Assembly (NCBI GenBank): GCA_963825865.1 | Contig: CAWGVG010000008.1 | Span: 1-64,000, forward strand | Length of the DNA: 64,000 nucleotides | DNA from: an uncultured Nitrososphaeraceae archaeon | Lineage (GTDB): Archaea > Thermoproteota > Nitrososphaeria > Nitrososphaerales > Nitrososphaeraceae | Reading direction: 5' to 3' | In this document: positions 39,047-50,958 of the stretch, piece by piece | How the letters are laid out: each line of letters starts with the position of its first letter | Numbering within the stretch: the first letter of the stretch is position 1 | Program-made: the position numbers and the translations under genes | The notes under the pieces: generated by a model | The model's database searches: none | What the model was told of the DNA's origin: nothing | What the model saw: the letters and a program-made list of their open reading frames with translations, nothing else

Positions 39047-39595
39047 TTAAGAGCACTTGTAATCAGACAATATCATGCCAAAAGTGCATTTTATTTCCAC
39101 ATGTTTTTCAGTATGACTAGTAAAAGATGCAGCTGCTGCTGTAATAGCGTCTTGGATTTCATTTGTAATCTTTTGATTTATTAAATCCTTGCTCACAAAG
39201 GGATTGGGAAGGCTTGGTTGAGCAGCAGAAGGAGAAGTTGTACTGAGTGTTTGGCTGCTACTGCTGTTTACTATGTATCCTATGTTAGGATTCTTGTTAA
39301 AATCATCTACTATTGTTGAAGTTATCAAGTTCTTCGAATCACTCAAAGAAGAGATTTTACCAGCTATACTATAGTTAGCACTGAATCTGTCAAGTTGAAC
39401 AGATGTTGAGGGGATTGAATATACACTGCTTAAATTAGTTGTTATTGTTATATTGGGTAGTTTGTTTGGAGATTGTATAGACTGAGGTGCAGGCTTTGTA
39501 TTATTATTCAAAGCGTAGACGTTATCTACCCAAAGTAACCCTAAAAATAGAGCCGACATTGTCAAGGCTATAATCGCCGGGTGCCTCAATATCAT
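39047..39595 (-). CDS. Secreted hypothetical protein
   Basis: Signal peptide (VYA), Ser/Pro-rich, C-terminal IKCTFG...YKCS. Confidence 0.7.
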   Translation of the reverse strand: MILRHPAIIALTMSALFLGLLWVDNVYALNNNTKPAPQSIQSPNKLPNITITTNLSSVYSIPSTSVQLDRFSANYSIAGKISSLSDSKNLITSTIVDDFNKNPNIGYIVNSSSSQTLSTTSPSAAQPSLPNPFVSKDLINQKITNEIQDAITAAAASFTSHTEKHVEIKCTFGMILSDYKCS

Positions 39596-39797
39596 ATATC
39601 ATGTTACCTATAAGTCTTATACTTAAGTTATCAGTAAGTTGGTTCTGAATATTGTTATAAGTGCATTTTATTTTGTTTACCAATTGCTGTGTGGCCTATC
39701 ATATCGAAATAATTTGAGGAGTACTCTGTATTCAGTACTGGACTGGCTAGTGTATTAGCTGCACTGGTGTAATTTGGTACTCGCCTTTCAACAGTGT

Positions 39798-40204
39798 AGT
39801 AACAATGCACATATGGCTATTTCTGTAATCGTCATTTCTCAAGCACAGCCATGCCATCAGCCTAAGAAAAAATTCTGTAACTCCAAGTCCAGTACTCTTC
39901 TTTACCCATAAATGCTTGTGTTTGAAGTTATGATTTAGAATGTTAGAATGCCCGTTACCTAAAATGGAGTCGTATAACAGTTTTTCGTAGTCAAATAATG
40001 GCTTTTCTATTCTTCCCTTGGTAGGTAACCCAATAATATGATTAAAGCAGCAGTCTCCTTTTGTATTGACATCTTCTTGCTTGTGCTCTTCTACATTCCA
40101 GATCCAAAAAGGCTTATCTCTAGTATTTCGAATAGATCATTGTTTGAATTTCGTTGTTGCTCTTGCTGTGATTGTTGAACTAGCTTTTGTAAATCTTTGA
40201 ACAT
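39798..40204 (-). pseudogene. Terminase large subunit, N-terminal fragment (absent from ORF track)
   Basis: Hand translation MFKDLQKLV...L/RDKPFWIWNVEEHK...CCFNHIIGLP...LFDYEK...HLWVKKSTGLGVTEFFLRLMAWLC...MCIVT; Walker-A-like KSTGLGVT. Confidence 0.7.
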
Positions 40205-40329
40205 CGCTTGAACATTATTACTAGGTCAGAGTTAGCTTTAGATTTTACTAAGAATTTTAAAAAATACGTACTCAAACCACAGTGGTATTGAAATACACCA
40301 TAAGATGGTCGTAGTGGTATTAAAGTTCC

Positions 40330-40743
40330 TTAAACATATCTAACGGCTTTCTGTTCAGCTTGTTTTAACTCACTTCTTGTTTTTCTTGCCCTAAATCCCT
40401 CAACCTCAAGTCTAAAGATATTTGTTGCAATCATCGCCGCTACCTCTGTAGCGTTGGCTACATCGTGAAGCTTTGTGTTCCGATTAGTTGCTCTTTGCTC
40501 AAGGTTTCTAAAGAGTCGAGTGTATCTATCTTTGAGGATCTCCGCTTCAAATTCTAACACTTGCTCTGTCTTTTTCTCGGCAATATTCCCAAACATACTG
40601 CAGACTTTGGTTTTATAATAGTAGAACGTCCTTCGCTTGAGATTTAAATCCTGCATTATCTGTTTATCCGTATATCCTGCTGCCAGTTTCTTGGCTAGCT
40701 CTTCAAGATCATGATGTATTTGCGCTGCTGGTTTTTTGGCCAT
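40330..40743 (-). CDS. HTH protein, putative terminase small subunit
   Basis: GYTDKQIMQDLNLKRRTFYYY HTH plus helices, directly upstream of and co-oriented with the TerL fragment. Confidence 0.6.
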   Translation of the reverse strand: MAKKPAAQIHHDLEELAKKLAAGYTDKQIMQDLNLKRRTFYYYKTKVCSMFGNIAEKKTEQVLEFEAEILKDRYTRLFRNLEQRATNRNTKLHDVANATEVAAMIATNIFRLEVEGFRARKTRSELKQAEQKAVRYV

Positions 40744-40879
40744 ATCCTTCTCTATATCTAACTATATACCTCTCTAATAAGTGCAAATAAAGTGCAAATA
40801 AAAAATATATGGATATTCTTGTCTGTAGCCATATACATTTTTGCTCTAATACCGATATGTTATCGACAATCCTATAAAT

Positions 40880-42445
40880 ATGAACTCACATAATTTTATT
40901 ATGTTGGTATTCTTTAGGAAAGGTGCATTGATCTTTTCTAGACTAATGCTTGCTGTCGTTATGGTATCGTTCCTAATGTTTTTCTTATCATCTACTATAG
41001 TGTTAGCCCAGCAACAGCAGCAAATACAACAACAGGAGCAGAGACCTTGGATTGGAATAGCAGGGATTGATATGACACCTAAAATTGCCGTTGCCATGGG
41101 AACAAACCAAACAAAAGGCTCTCTTGTAGCGCAGGTGACATATGGAAGTCCAGCTCAGGGTGCAGGAATAAGAGGTGGATATATCAATGCTATCGTTGAC
41201 GGAGCGGTGCTGTTAAGGCTCCTTTCCACCTTTTATCAAGAACTTAATAATGTTTATTTTAGATTGTGATTTTGATAAATTATATAAGAATATGAACAAT
41301 ATCAGCCATTGGTAAACATGAATTAGATTACAATCGACTACTTTCTTCCTACACGGGTAATAATCATCAAAACCTTCGGTTCTATCCTTGACATATTCCA
41401 TAGCTCTCTAAATTATGCTTTTTTCAAATGGTGAATGGAGTATGTGTTTTAGTCCTAAAGAATTGCAAGATTCAGGATACCATGATCCGCCATCAGAATA
41501 GATAGACAACATGTTTTCCATAAAGCTTAATCAATGATTTCAGAAATGATTCAGCTACTAGCATATTCCTGTGTCTTGAAATATAAACTCAAGGATTCTA
41601 TGTCGAATTGGTTCTATTATTGCAACCCAAAGCCATGCGCCAGTATAGCCGATCTGAACCATTGTTTCGTCTATGATATATGCAGTTATCCTACTCTTCT
41701 TTTTATTTGGAAAAACATCCTTTGGATTGAATTCCTGTATCCAATACCATATTGCAACATAACTTCTATCTACAAATGGTTCTAATGCCTTTGAGGTATT
41801 TCTTGGACTTAATCCAAGAAAGTACAGGTACAAGGCATATCGGATAAGAAATGGTCTAGTTCTATTACGTTCAAACATTACCACATTATTCTTAATCTGA
41901 TTAAGCTTTAGCAGTTACCTTTGCTTAACTTAACAGCACCGACGGAGCACAAATACCGGTAGGCGGGGATATAATATTAAGAATAGATAACACAACAATT
42001 AACACAATAAATGACGTCAATTCGTATTTGAATACCAAAAAGGTCGGAGATACGGTGCAAGTAACTGTAGCCAGAGATAATGTCATCAAAAATATTGCTT
42101 TGACTCTTGCTGCCAATGCCTGGCCTTATCTCTCAGCCCCCTAAACCGCAACTACAACTACTTGGAATGAGTACATTTTATGATAATAACCAGTTCAGTC
42201 CTGGACTTCATATAGTCGGTGAAGTTCTGAATAATGGCACACAAACGGCTACATATGTTCAGGTATCAGCAACATTATATGACATTAACAGTCAGGTCGT
42301 TGGAATCGGTTCTGGCTCTACTATGCCATCAAGTATAGAACCAGGCAAGAAGGTACCGTTTGAAATAGTGGTATCTCGGGACAATGTCAAAGGAGGAGAT
42401 TTTAACAATGTTTATCATGTCAGTGTCCGAGTGCAACATAGCTAA
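40880..42445 (+). pseudogene. Secreted PDZ + FxLYD-domain protein interrupted by IS6
   Basis: RPWIGIAG...GSPAQGAGIRGG | VGGDIILRID...KVGDTVQVTV (PDZ), then GEVLNNG...ATLYD...IEPGKKVPF; halves rejoin in frame after removing the IS and one TSD. Confidence 0.85.
41206..41940 (-). mobile_element. IS6-family insertion sequence, 735 bp, frameshifted transposase
   Basis: IRs GGTGCTGTTAAG / CTTAACAGCACC; 8-bp TSD GACGGAGC at 41198-41205 and 41941-41948; IIDET, WLWVA, SDGG.WY, KDRTEGFDDYYPC. Confidence 0.95.
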
Positions 42446-42449
42446 CTAA

Positions 42450-42667
42450 AGAAATAGAGTCATGGAAAGGTTTTGCAGATAGTTTGAATTCTCAAGAATA
42501 CAAGGAACTATTCAATAAAATGCTAAATGATTGCTACAAATATGCTGCCACTATTAATACTAAAATACAGCCATTCCCAACAGAACCATTAATCATGGCT
42601 TTACTACTGTAGCAGCATAAAATGATTGACTGGTTGACTTATCAAATCAAGCTCCGTCAAAAATGAG
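42450..42667 (+). pseudogene. Fragment of small archaeal hypothetical protein
   Basis: IESWKGFADSL...LFNKMLNDCYKYA...PFPTEPLIMALLL*QHKMIDWL with internal stop and no start. Confidence 0.5.
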
Positions 42668-42943
42668 GGATTTTCGTTATGAGTCAAGGGCAATAACAAA
42701 ACCAAATTAAAGATAATAATAGCATAGAAATTATTCAAAATCCTACAGGTTCGATAAAACGAGCTTATGATTTTTCAGCTTCACCTACTATGTTAGCTTC
42801 AGTATTATAATCCGGTAATAGGTTCCTGTTGTTGTTCTAGTCCATACGTATAGGAAGCAGTATAATCCTGACTGCTATTGCTGCCTGTTTTTCTGGATGC
42901 TTTACCTGACGAGGCCAAGGATCTAAAGAAACAAAAAGCTGTA

Positions 42944-43282
42944 TCAGATATCATTGCTGGTGTCTCCTTCTCCACATTGCGTTAAATACGATAGAAAAAT
43001 TGTTTTTATATTTTCATGCATTAAATCTAAATTTTTCTTGATAGATTTTCTAATACACTCAAGTGACTTTACGTCTTGTCGGCCAACAAGATTAGTATTT
43101 GAATTGTTGCCGTAATCAATATTAAACTTAATCTTTTCTTCTAAAGCATATTTAGCATGATATATTTCTGTTGCATAGTTTTCAATCTTCTGGAGTAACC
43201 GTATCAATTCTTGATTTGAAATACCCTTGTTATCATTATCTAACAAAGCTTTCAAAATGTCATTCAAACCACCAGTTCGCAT
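42944..43282 (-). CDS. Hypothetical protein
   Basis: 112 aa ORF, no motif. Confidence 0.4.
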   Translation of the reverse strand: MRTGGLNDILKALLDNDNKGISNQELIRLLQKIENYATEIYHAKYALEEKIKFNIDYGNNSNTNLVGRQDVKSLECIRKSIKKNLDLMHENIKTIFLSYLTQCGEGDTSNDI

Positions 43283-43904
43283 AAACTCATATTTAATAAT
43301 CTATACCTTAAATGTAGTTGTACCAGCAAGCTCTAATTCTTGTCGGGTCCTAAGAATACTGCAATTCAAGCTCATAATAATGGTTTAGCTTTAAGAATTG
43401 TGCTACAATCTATTATCTATTTTGTAATGGATTTCATCAACATAGTATGCTTTATCTATAAATGAGTATAATAGGTCTTTATCAGAGGAAGTTGTATCAT
43501 TCTTGAACACTTTTTTCTCATTCAAACCCTTTTTTTCGACATAATATATAAGAGATATTCCTCTCGCAAATATTATTTTAGATAGCAATTCTGAAGTGTG
43601 ATTATAAATGCTTCCAAATGTAGGTTAACTTTGTTAACTAATCTTTTAATTATGTAATTATCCACGTGATTTACAATTAGGACAGCAGAAGTAGGATGGC
43701 ACCTCTGTGAGTTGATCAACTCCAAACTGAACCAACGTTACTATGGAATATTACTAATTTGTGTTATTAATTTTTGATTTAACTATGTTAAGTCAGATTT
43801 TTTTTAGGTGATAATAATAGTAGGTTATGGAAAATGGCGCGCCGAATTAATGAAAGGCTTTCTGCTTCAAGAATAGATATATTGCATTGTGATAACATAT
43901 AGAC

Positions 43905-44435
43905 ATGGCTCAAACCCTTTGTATTAAATGTGGTTCAGATCTCAAAGTATCTTCTTATTGTCACCTTTGCCAAGAACCTTTAATTTTTGCATGTACTTCT
44001 TGTGGATATATTACTGAAGAAAAAGTTCATACTGATTGTAGAAATGCGGAAGTATTAGCAAAAAAAAAACAGAAACAACAACAGCACAAGAAGATGCGGC
44101 CGGCTGCTACTACAACACCCACACCTACAACTGGGAATCAAGATAAAAGTATTGTTGATAAACCAAAAGAAGAAGAAACGGTTAAAGCAGAGCCACGTTC
44201 TGCACCATCTTATATGACAAGGGAGCAAGATAATAAAAATAATAATGTTAATCCGTTTGTTGCAGGCGCAGCAGTTTGGCAGAGCTTGATGACCTATTGG
44301 TTTAATGCTTATGGAGAATTCCTTAAAAATGCGCCAAAAATTACCGAATATTGGTATGACACATATTGGAAGCCTTGGTTAAATTGGTCACGGCAGCAAC
44401 AAGGACAAGATAAAGACAGAGTGAAGATAGAATAA
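43905..44435 (+). CDS. Zn-ribbon protein with Trp-rich C-terminus
   Basis: CIKC, CHLC, CTSC, HTDC; C-terminal WQSLMTYW...YWYDTYWKPW. Confidence 0.7.
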   Translation: MAQTLCIKCGSDLKVSSYCHLCQEPLIFACTSCGYITEEKVHTDCRNAEVLAKKKQKQQQHKKMRPAATTTPTPTTGNQDKSIVDKPKEEETVKAEPRSAPSYMTREQDNKNNNVNPFVAGAAVWQSLMTYWFNAYGEFLKNAPKITEYWYDTYWKPWLNWSRQQQGQDKDRVKIE

Positions 44436-45095
44436 TAATAATAAATGTAATAGAATAAATCCAATTAAGTCACAAAAAGCTTGAAGATAAAGCAAAAGTT
44501 CATTTATGATTATAAAGTCTGCTATAGTGAATAATACATACCACATAAATTCAAATTATTAACGTGGGTAACTTACCTAACTTTAATGGTTCGATATTAT
44601 GCTAACTAAAATCACTTAATTGAATATTGCTTTTTTATATCAATAGAACCAAGAATTAAAATAAAAAGATCTTCTTTGAAAGTATGTAGCGGAGAACCAT
44701 AGCAGAGCTCGATGGCTTTTAATATCTTTAAAGTATTTTAACAAGTATGTGAAATTCTTCTGTGCAAAATACTAGATTTTAGTTCTATATAATATAATAA
44801 ATTGATTCTATTAGCATTTTATAAACACTACTAATTGTAATGGACAAAATTGTTTATAATTATAAGAAACAGAATTTATAGTATATTGGTTTGCCATCAT
44901 CAACTGAAGAGAATCTAAATGTCCTCTGCAAAGAAATACAACAATTAGATATTCTATTAGATTTGTAGGCATGCAAAAATTAGTCCATTTCAAGCATCGA
45001 TATCACTTCAAATCCTCTTGGCTTGACAAGAGAAGATCCTGTTGATCGCTAATCATAAATTACTAATAACTATCAAAGTAAAGGATGAAAAATAA

Positions 45096-45626
45096 GTGTA
45101 TAAAATTCTCGACAATCTTGCCACTCATGGCATAGCATACAATCATGATAACAACTACTATCTTATCTCCAAAGATTCGGTTTCAGAGGAAGAGATTCTT
45201 ACCTTCTCTGAAGCAACTGATGAGGACGGAAGCAAGTGGTTGATTATAGATGCGAGGATTCTAAGTGATTATAAAGTAAATGATATACAAGATTATTTAG
45301 CTTTGATAGATACTTGTTCGCTTGCCTTAAATCAAAATCATCGTATACTGAGGATTCTAAGTGATTATAAAGTAAATGATATACAAGATTATTTAGCTTT
45401 GATAGATACTTGTTCGCTTGCCTTAAATCAAAATCATCGTATACTTGTTTGTTGTGGCGCGGGCATATCAAGAAGTAATGCTGTAGCATTAGGAGTACGA
45501 GTAAAACATTTTAAAATGGATTTTTATGACGCATGGGAATTAATAAAAGAAAAAGTTCCTATAAGCAATATTGACCCATTACATATTGTAGCATTAAAGA
45601 AGATATTTAATGTAACCTTGCCTTAA
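45096..45626 (+). CDS. Dual-specificity protein phosphatase-like protein
   Basis: CX5R loop VCCGAGISRS; carries an in-frame 32-aa duplication. Confidence 0.8.
   Translation: MYKILDNLATHGIAYNHDNNYYLISKDSVSEEEILTFSEATDEDGSKWLIIDARILSDYKVNDIQDYLALIDTCSLALNQNHRILRILSDYKVNDIQDYLALIDTCSLALNQNHRILVCCGAGISRSNAVALGVRVKHFKMDFYDAWELIKEKVPISNIDPLHIVALKKIFNVTLP
45254..45445. repeat. Perfect 96-bp tandem duplication
   Basis: 45254-45349 equals 45350-45445 (RILSDYKVNDIQDYLALIDTCSLALNQNHRIL x2). Confidence 0.95.
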
Positions 45627-46634
45627 TGTTTCCATATAATACACGGCCCCATCATCAACTAAGTTTTTAAATTCAGACATTGGAAAACTTGGATTGCAAA
45701 AAAAGGTTAAAGGTAGTCTGCTCAATATCTAATACAATAATTTAGACCTATTTTTTCGTTTTTTTATAAATTCAAATTCTAACATGGATGACAAAAACGA
45801 GTCAAATTTGTTCTGAATCCCCCTAAATACACCTGATATAGATGTGTTTAATTAGCTATACTGGTTCAATATAAAACGAACAGGTCATATCCGCTTTGAC
45901 TCTTCATGTAGGAATCCTCTTGGTTTCAAAGTAGGCAGCATCATTCTTATTTTGTATTAAATAAATCAATCCATTAAATGATCATTCCTTTTCATCAAAC
46001 TTGAAATCCTCAAGATGTTCATAGATATTCAATAAATTGAATAAGCTTTGTCCCATAAGTAGAATCACCTTCCGTTAAGTATAATGTTATTATTAGAAAT
46101 CTAGTAATTGATTGACTTATTTTCTGTGTAGGCTTTGGCAGTTTGATTTCCGCATTATAGATGAAGGTAAAGGTCAAGAATTCAATGAAAGGCGCTCTGA
46201 ATCTACAATGTTTGACCTTGATTTTCAGGTACTGACCTCTCAAATGCTAAACTATATTCTTAGAAGTTTAGAGTTTAGATGTAGAATTATTATCCCAAGA
46301 TCTCAGTCACAAAATGGAAGAAGTGGACTGTAGCATTGTTACTATGTATTATTATTTGATGTAGTCAATATATTTAGTGATGAGTCTATTACTGATAGAA
46401 AATGAAGAAGAGTTACAGACAGAAGGAGGAATACCAGTATGTGGCGCAAACCTAACATCTCCTGTGGTGGATACAGCATGCTATATCGAAGAAATCCATT
46501 ACAAAATAGGAAATAGGCTTTATATTGAAAATGCGGACTAGCAAACAACAATAGCAGACCCAAGAAACACAGCAAAAAGAGAAATCAAAGAATAGATGCA
46601 CAACCTGAAAGGCTTCTAGTTAGCCTCAGTTAAA

Positions 46635-47078
46635 TTGATGACTTCTTTGAATCTAAAACCAATTATCCTCCAGAAAGAAAATGATCCAAGTCTGATTGCA
46701 TATAGTCTGGCAGTTACAATGGGTGGACACATGTGGTTAGGAGGTGATCTAGACTTTGCAGGCCTGAAGTTCATCCAGACATACAAAAGAAAGCAATTTG
46801 CATCCTTCTTTGAACACACATTAGATCCAATAGAAATTTTGAAATTAGTGAAATCTAAAGGTCAATTTAATCCTTCAGAAATAGATGCGGATAATGTATC
46901 GCTATACGGCTGCATATTCAACGTAAAATCGACAATATCTTCAGAGGCTGTCACAAGAGAAGTTATTACTGGATGGGATCTAATTAGCAAGAACTTGTCT
47001 GTAAACGGAATTGAAATTGAAAAACTATTTAGGCCAACTTTCTTCTATATGATCTTTGGATTACAATACATTATTTAG
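46635..47078 (+). CDS. Hypothetical protein (possibly truncated)
   Basis: 147 aa ORF, no motif. Confidence 0.4.
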   Translation: MMTSLNLKPIILQKENDPSLIAYSLAVTMGGHMWLGGDLDFAGLKFIQTYKRKQFASFFEHTLDPIEILKLVKSKGQFNPSEIDADNVSLYGCIFNVKSTISSEAVTREVITGWDLISKNLSVNGIEIEKLFRPTFFYMIFGLQYII

Positions 47079-47236
47079 AGGCTCTACTATTTCTATTGAT
47101 CTAGATATACAGATATTACTAAGGCTATGTTATTGGTATTACAAAAGCTCACAAATTCAAACATTCACTATTAAATAAAATGAAGTAGGGCAAAAATTAC
47201 AGGGTTTGGTTGAAATGATTCAAAAAGTTACCATAC

Positions 47237-47698
47237 ATGCACAGATACTTACTTAAATCAAAGCATCAACATATAATGATAGTAGATAGTTTTATGAATT
47301 CCAATTCGCTAGCTTCTTCTTCCTCATCGTCATATCCTTCAATGGATCTAAAAGGTTTGTGCAACACAATAATGAATACGGATGCACGAGTTCGATTTGT
47401 AGGTATACTTGATAATAAGAATGCAAAGCTTGTTGAAGGAGGTATGAGGAAAAATGTACCTTCTTTATTAGATTCAGGCAAAGACGAATTATTTTTCTTG
47501 AGAATAGTTTCTCAATTAAATCAGTTAAATAAGTTTAGACAAACTTTGGGAGATATAAATTATGTATTTGTCAAAATGAATAGGTTATCTTTTGTGATTA
47601 TGAGTTTAAAGAAGAATATGACTTTGCTAGTAAGTCTGGAACCAGATACAGATCCATCGTTTATTATTCCAACAATAAGGAATTCATTAATAGAATGA
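47237..47698 (+). CDS. Roadblock/DUF6659-like thaumarchaeal protein
   Basis: LCNTIMNTDARVRFVGILD...GGMRKNVPSLL...LLVSLEPD. Confidence 0.65.
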   Translation: MHRYLLKSKHQHIMIVDSFMNSNSLASSSSSSYPSMDLKGLCNTIMNTDARVRFVGILDNKNAKLVEGGMRKNVPSLLDSGKDELFFLRIVSQLNQLNKFRQTLGDINYVFVKMNRLSFVIMSLKKNMTLLVSLEPDTDPSFIIPTIRNSLIE

Positions 47699-47782
47699 GC
47701 TTCTACTATAGTTGGTACAACCTAACTACTGCAATTTCTAATCCACATGTGTGCCTTCCAATGATCTTTTGCCAATAAATTC

Positions 47783-48277
47783 TGTATACTGGGTGCATGC
47801 ATGGGACCAAATGACACCAGTTGAAGAGATGATGCGTGCTTTAGATGATATGGTAAGGTCAGGGAAAATTCTCTACGCTGGTATCTCTGATGCTCCAGCT
47901 TGATTAGTTTCACAAGCTAATACTCTTGCAAATCTTAGAGGATGGACAGAATTTACTGGTTTACAGATTGAATATAGCCTAATTGAAAGAACTCCAGAAC
48001 GAGAATTGCTGCCTATGGCTAGTGCATTGGATATTGGAGTGACAGCGTGGTCACCATTAGGCGGCGGTGTACTCACAGGTAAATATAACAAAAACAATAA
48101 AGATCAACTGCAACAAGGACAACAAAGACAGCAACAAAATAGATCATTATGAACTATGATTCTAACAGAAGGGAATAGTAGACTAAATGTTCAAAATGAT
48201 TTAGCAAACAGGTTCCTAAATGATAGAAATATCTTAATTGCTCAAGAAGTTAGCAAGATGGCTAAAGAGATAGGAAG
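47783..48277 (+). pseudogene. Aldo/keto reductase, internal fragment
   Basis: WVHAWDQMTPVEEMMRALDDMVRSGKILYAGISD...LQIEYSLIERTPERELLP...WSPLGGGVLTGKY with stops. Confidence 0.85.
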
Positions 48278-48739
48278 CTTGAATCTTCACATGGTACTAC
48301 TTATGGCTTATCTATTAAAATAAAGATGCAATAGATGTTACCTTCATTCACACGTTTGGCAACGATCGATTTGAGATCTCTATTGTGTGACTGTCTATAT
48401 GAATCAACAACAAGCTAGGAGCGCATAACACTGATCGAACTGGATTGAATTACAAGACATAATACGAATTAGTCACATCTGTTGTACTGCAAATGCGCAT
48501 TAGGAAGGGGTAATAATGACAGCAAGGTTAGTAGTAATAATAGATCCTCCTGTTCAGGATTATCTCCCCTAAAATACAATACATTTAGAGGAAGAGACAG
48601 CGCATCGACCTAGATAAGAAACCCTATGAAAGAAATACCTCGAATAGTTATACATATACAGACTAATTGATAAAAGCAGGGCTTAAGGCCGTATTACTAG
48701 ATGTTTGTAGAGTTCTTCTCAGATTACTGATGGTAAATG

Positions 48740-48958
48740 CTACTTTTTTTCTGCTGCTTCTTGGTCAATGTATTCTTTAAGACATGTATCACAAACCTTG
48801 AATTGTTCTTGGTCATTGGAAGTACTACTCACAATATGAAGGAGTGCTATTCTAACTCCACACAACTCGCAGTTGTAAATGTTGTCATCCATTAGAGGAA
48901 TGAAACGACGATGATGCTCTTCGATAGGTGGATTCTTTTGTTCTATTTCTGCTACCAT
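48740..48958 (-). CDS. Small Zn-finger protein
   Basis: CELC...VCDTC. Confidence 0.55.
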   Translation of the reverse strand: MVAEIEQKNPPIEEHHRRFIPLMDDNIYNCELCGVRIALLHIVSSTSNDQEQFKVCDTCLKEYIDQEAAEKK

Positions 48959-49755
48959 ATATCTCTCTATTCACCTCCCTTACCTATCCAAAGGATGGAT
49001 CGTTAGATTATTACGACCCAAAAGCATATTATTATTTACAGCCAATGCATACTTTTCTCTATCTGAAACAATACTGTATCAATATAATCATCAGTAATTA
49101 ATGAGGGTATATTAATACGACACGTTTTAGGAACTAATGAATTTATTTTGAATAGAATCTGAACCTTATTATCTATATCGGATTCATTATAACAGTCTTG
49201 TACTAATTTTGTGATTATACTGCTCGCTGTGATGTATTGTTCTAGTAGTAGTCAATTTATTCATGTGCCGGTTCCCTTCCTTTGCTTTTCTATTTTAATA
49301 TGCCAATTTGTTTGTACAAACAAGGCTTTATTGATTTGTCTTTAATTTTGTAGGCTGTAAAATGCCATGCTGCTTCAAGTGCTAGAAAGACAGTTGCAAA
49401 CCCAATACCCACATATGCTATATTTTCTAACATACCCTGTATACTTTATTGATAGATATAATGTTATCTACAATTTGGGTAAATATTTGACATAGTATTT
49501 TGATTTGATCTTTACATATGATAATAAATTGTTCTAGATAGTGTATGTGTTATTACAGATGTAAACGCATAACAACAGATACAAGTTCATAGAAAAAGAG
49601 AACTAGGCAATAAACTTGACAAGCTTCTTACTAGTTAGATGGCATGTTTCTATATGGAAGTGGGTTCAAAAGAATGTAAATGTTGCTGATAACTTTAGTA
49701 TATACAAACAACTGGTTAAGCAAATATTTGTAGATGAAACGCATTTTCATTAAGC

Positions 49756-50958
49756 TCAAGAAATCTTGTTCCATGAACTATACTCTATATCGGATTCAAA
49801 ATCAAATACTTTGTTTTCATATTCTTTAGGAGGATTATCTTTATCATTCTTCCTTTTGGTAATTGCTTCTCTTCTGTCATCTTCTGATTTTTCTGCATAT
49901 TTTTTAACTTGGTCTTTGAATTTTTCATCAGTACTCTTATGTATGAGCCATCTTATCTTCAGTGCTTGAACTAATAATAGCTCTTCTGCTTTTATTCCTT
50001 CGTTTCCCGAAAATATTTCACGAGCTATAATGAAATTATTGATAAATCGTTTGACTTCCCTTGGATTAAGTTCTACTGCTTTTGCTATTACCCCCTTATT
50101 TTCATCAACTAGCTTTGAATATATTTCATCTAATCGTTTTGATAAATTCTGAACCAACTTTTTTATGACGTCAGTATCATTCCATTCAGGAATTGTTATT
50201 GGAATCTGAATTATTTTGCGTATATAATGCTCTCCTTTTACTAGACTATCTTTATATGCTACATTGATAAGTTTGGAAATTGTATCTATGCTTAATCCTA
50301 CAATATAGATAAAGCCTTCCATTCCTAAAAATACCTTTATAGATTCGAATACTTCAAGTGCAGTTTTAGGCGAACATCTATCTAAATCATCAATAAAAAC
50401 TACTATTCTGTTCTTCCCATTTTCACTAGACATCTTTTTCATCTCTTCTTCAATTTTATACAAACCATCAAAGTAAATTGTATCTTTGTCTACCTGAGAT
50501 AATAGTTCCATCTTAGGAAAAAGATTTTTTTCTAATTCGTCAAAGCTTTCTTTAGGCACTAACGGTATCCATTTTTCAACTAGGCTTCTTAAAACACCTT
50601 TACCAACTATAACAGCTCCTCTAAGCAATATCTTTTTTATTTCTCTATACTGTGGCAGGTCGCCCATTGCATAAGCTATTGTCTTCATTAAAGCAATTAG
50701 CGCAAACTGTTCCTCTCTTTCATAACGCCACGCATTAAACCAAACAGTGAGAACATTTTCATCACTTTCAAGTTTATTATAAATCATTTTCATTAGTGTA
50801 GTCTTACCCGTTCCCCATTCACCATATATTCCGATAGAAAATTTTGGTTTAGATCCCCTTACCATTTTAACAATGGCATCACAATATTTATCAAATTCAA
50901 GAATAGGTTTATCTTCTTCTATGTCATCAGTCAGTATGCTAACATGATTTGCTGACAG
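49756..50958 (-). CDS. KAP-family P-loop NTPase (C-terminus probably truncated)
   Basis: GEWGTGKT, WFNAWRY, VFIDDLDRC, YIRKIIQIP, NPREVKRFIN; frame open upstream to ILTDDIEED. Confidence 0.9.
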   Translation of the reverse strand: MSANHVSILTDDIEEDKPILEFDKYCDAIVKMVRGSKPKFSIGIYGEWGTGKTTLMKMIYNKLESDENVLTVWFNAWRYEREEQFALIALMKTIAYAMGDLPQYREIKKILLRGAVIVGKGVLRSLVEKWIPLVPKESFDELEKNLFPKMELLSQVDKDTIYFDGLYKIEEEMKKMSSENGKNRIVVFIDDLDRCSPKTALEVFESIKVFLGMEGFIYIVGLSIDTISKLINVAYKDSLVKGEHYIRKIIQIPITIPEWNDTDVIKKLVQNLSKRLDEIYSKLVDENKGVIAKAVELNPREVKRFINNFIIAREIFSGNEGIKAEELLLVQALKIRWLIHKSTDEKFKDQVKKYAEKSEDDRREAITKRKNDKDNPPKEYENKVFDFESDIEYSSWNKIS

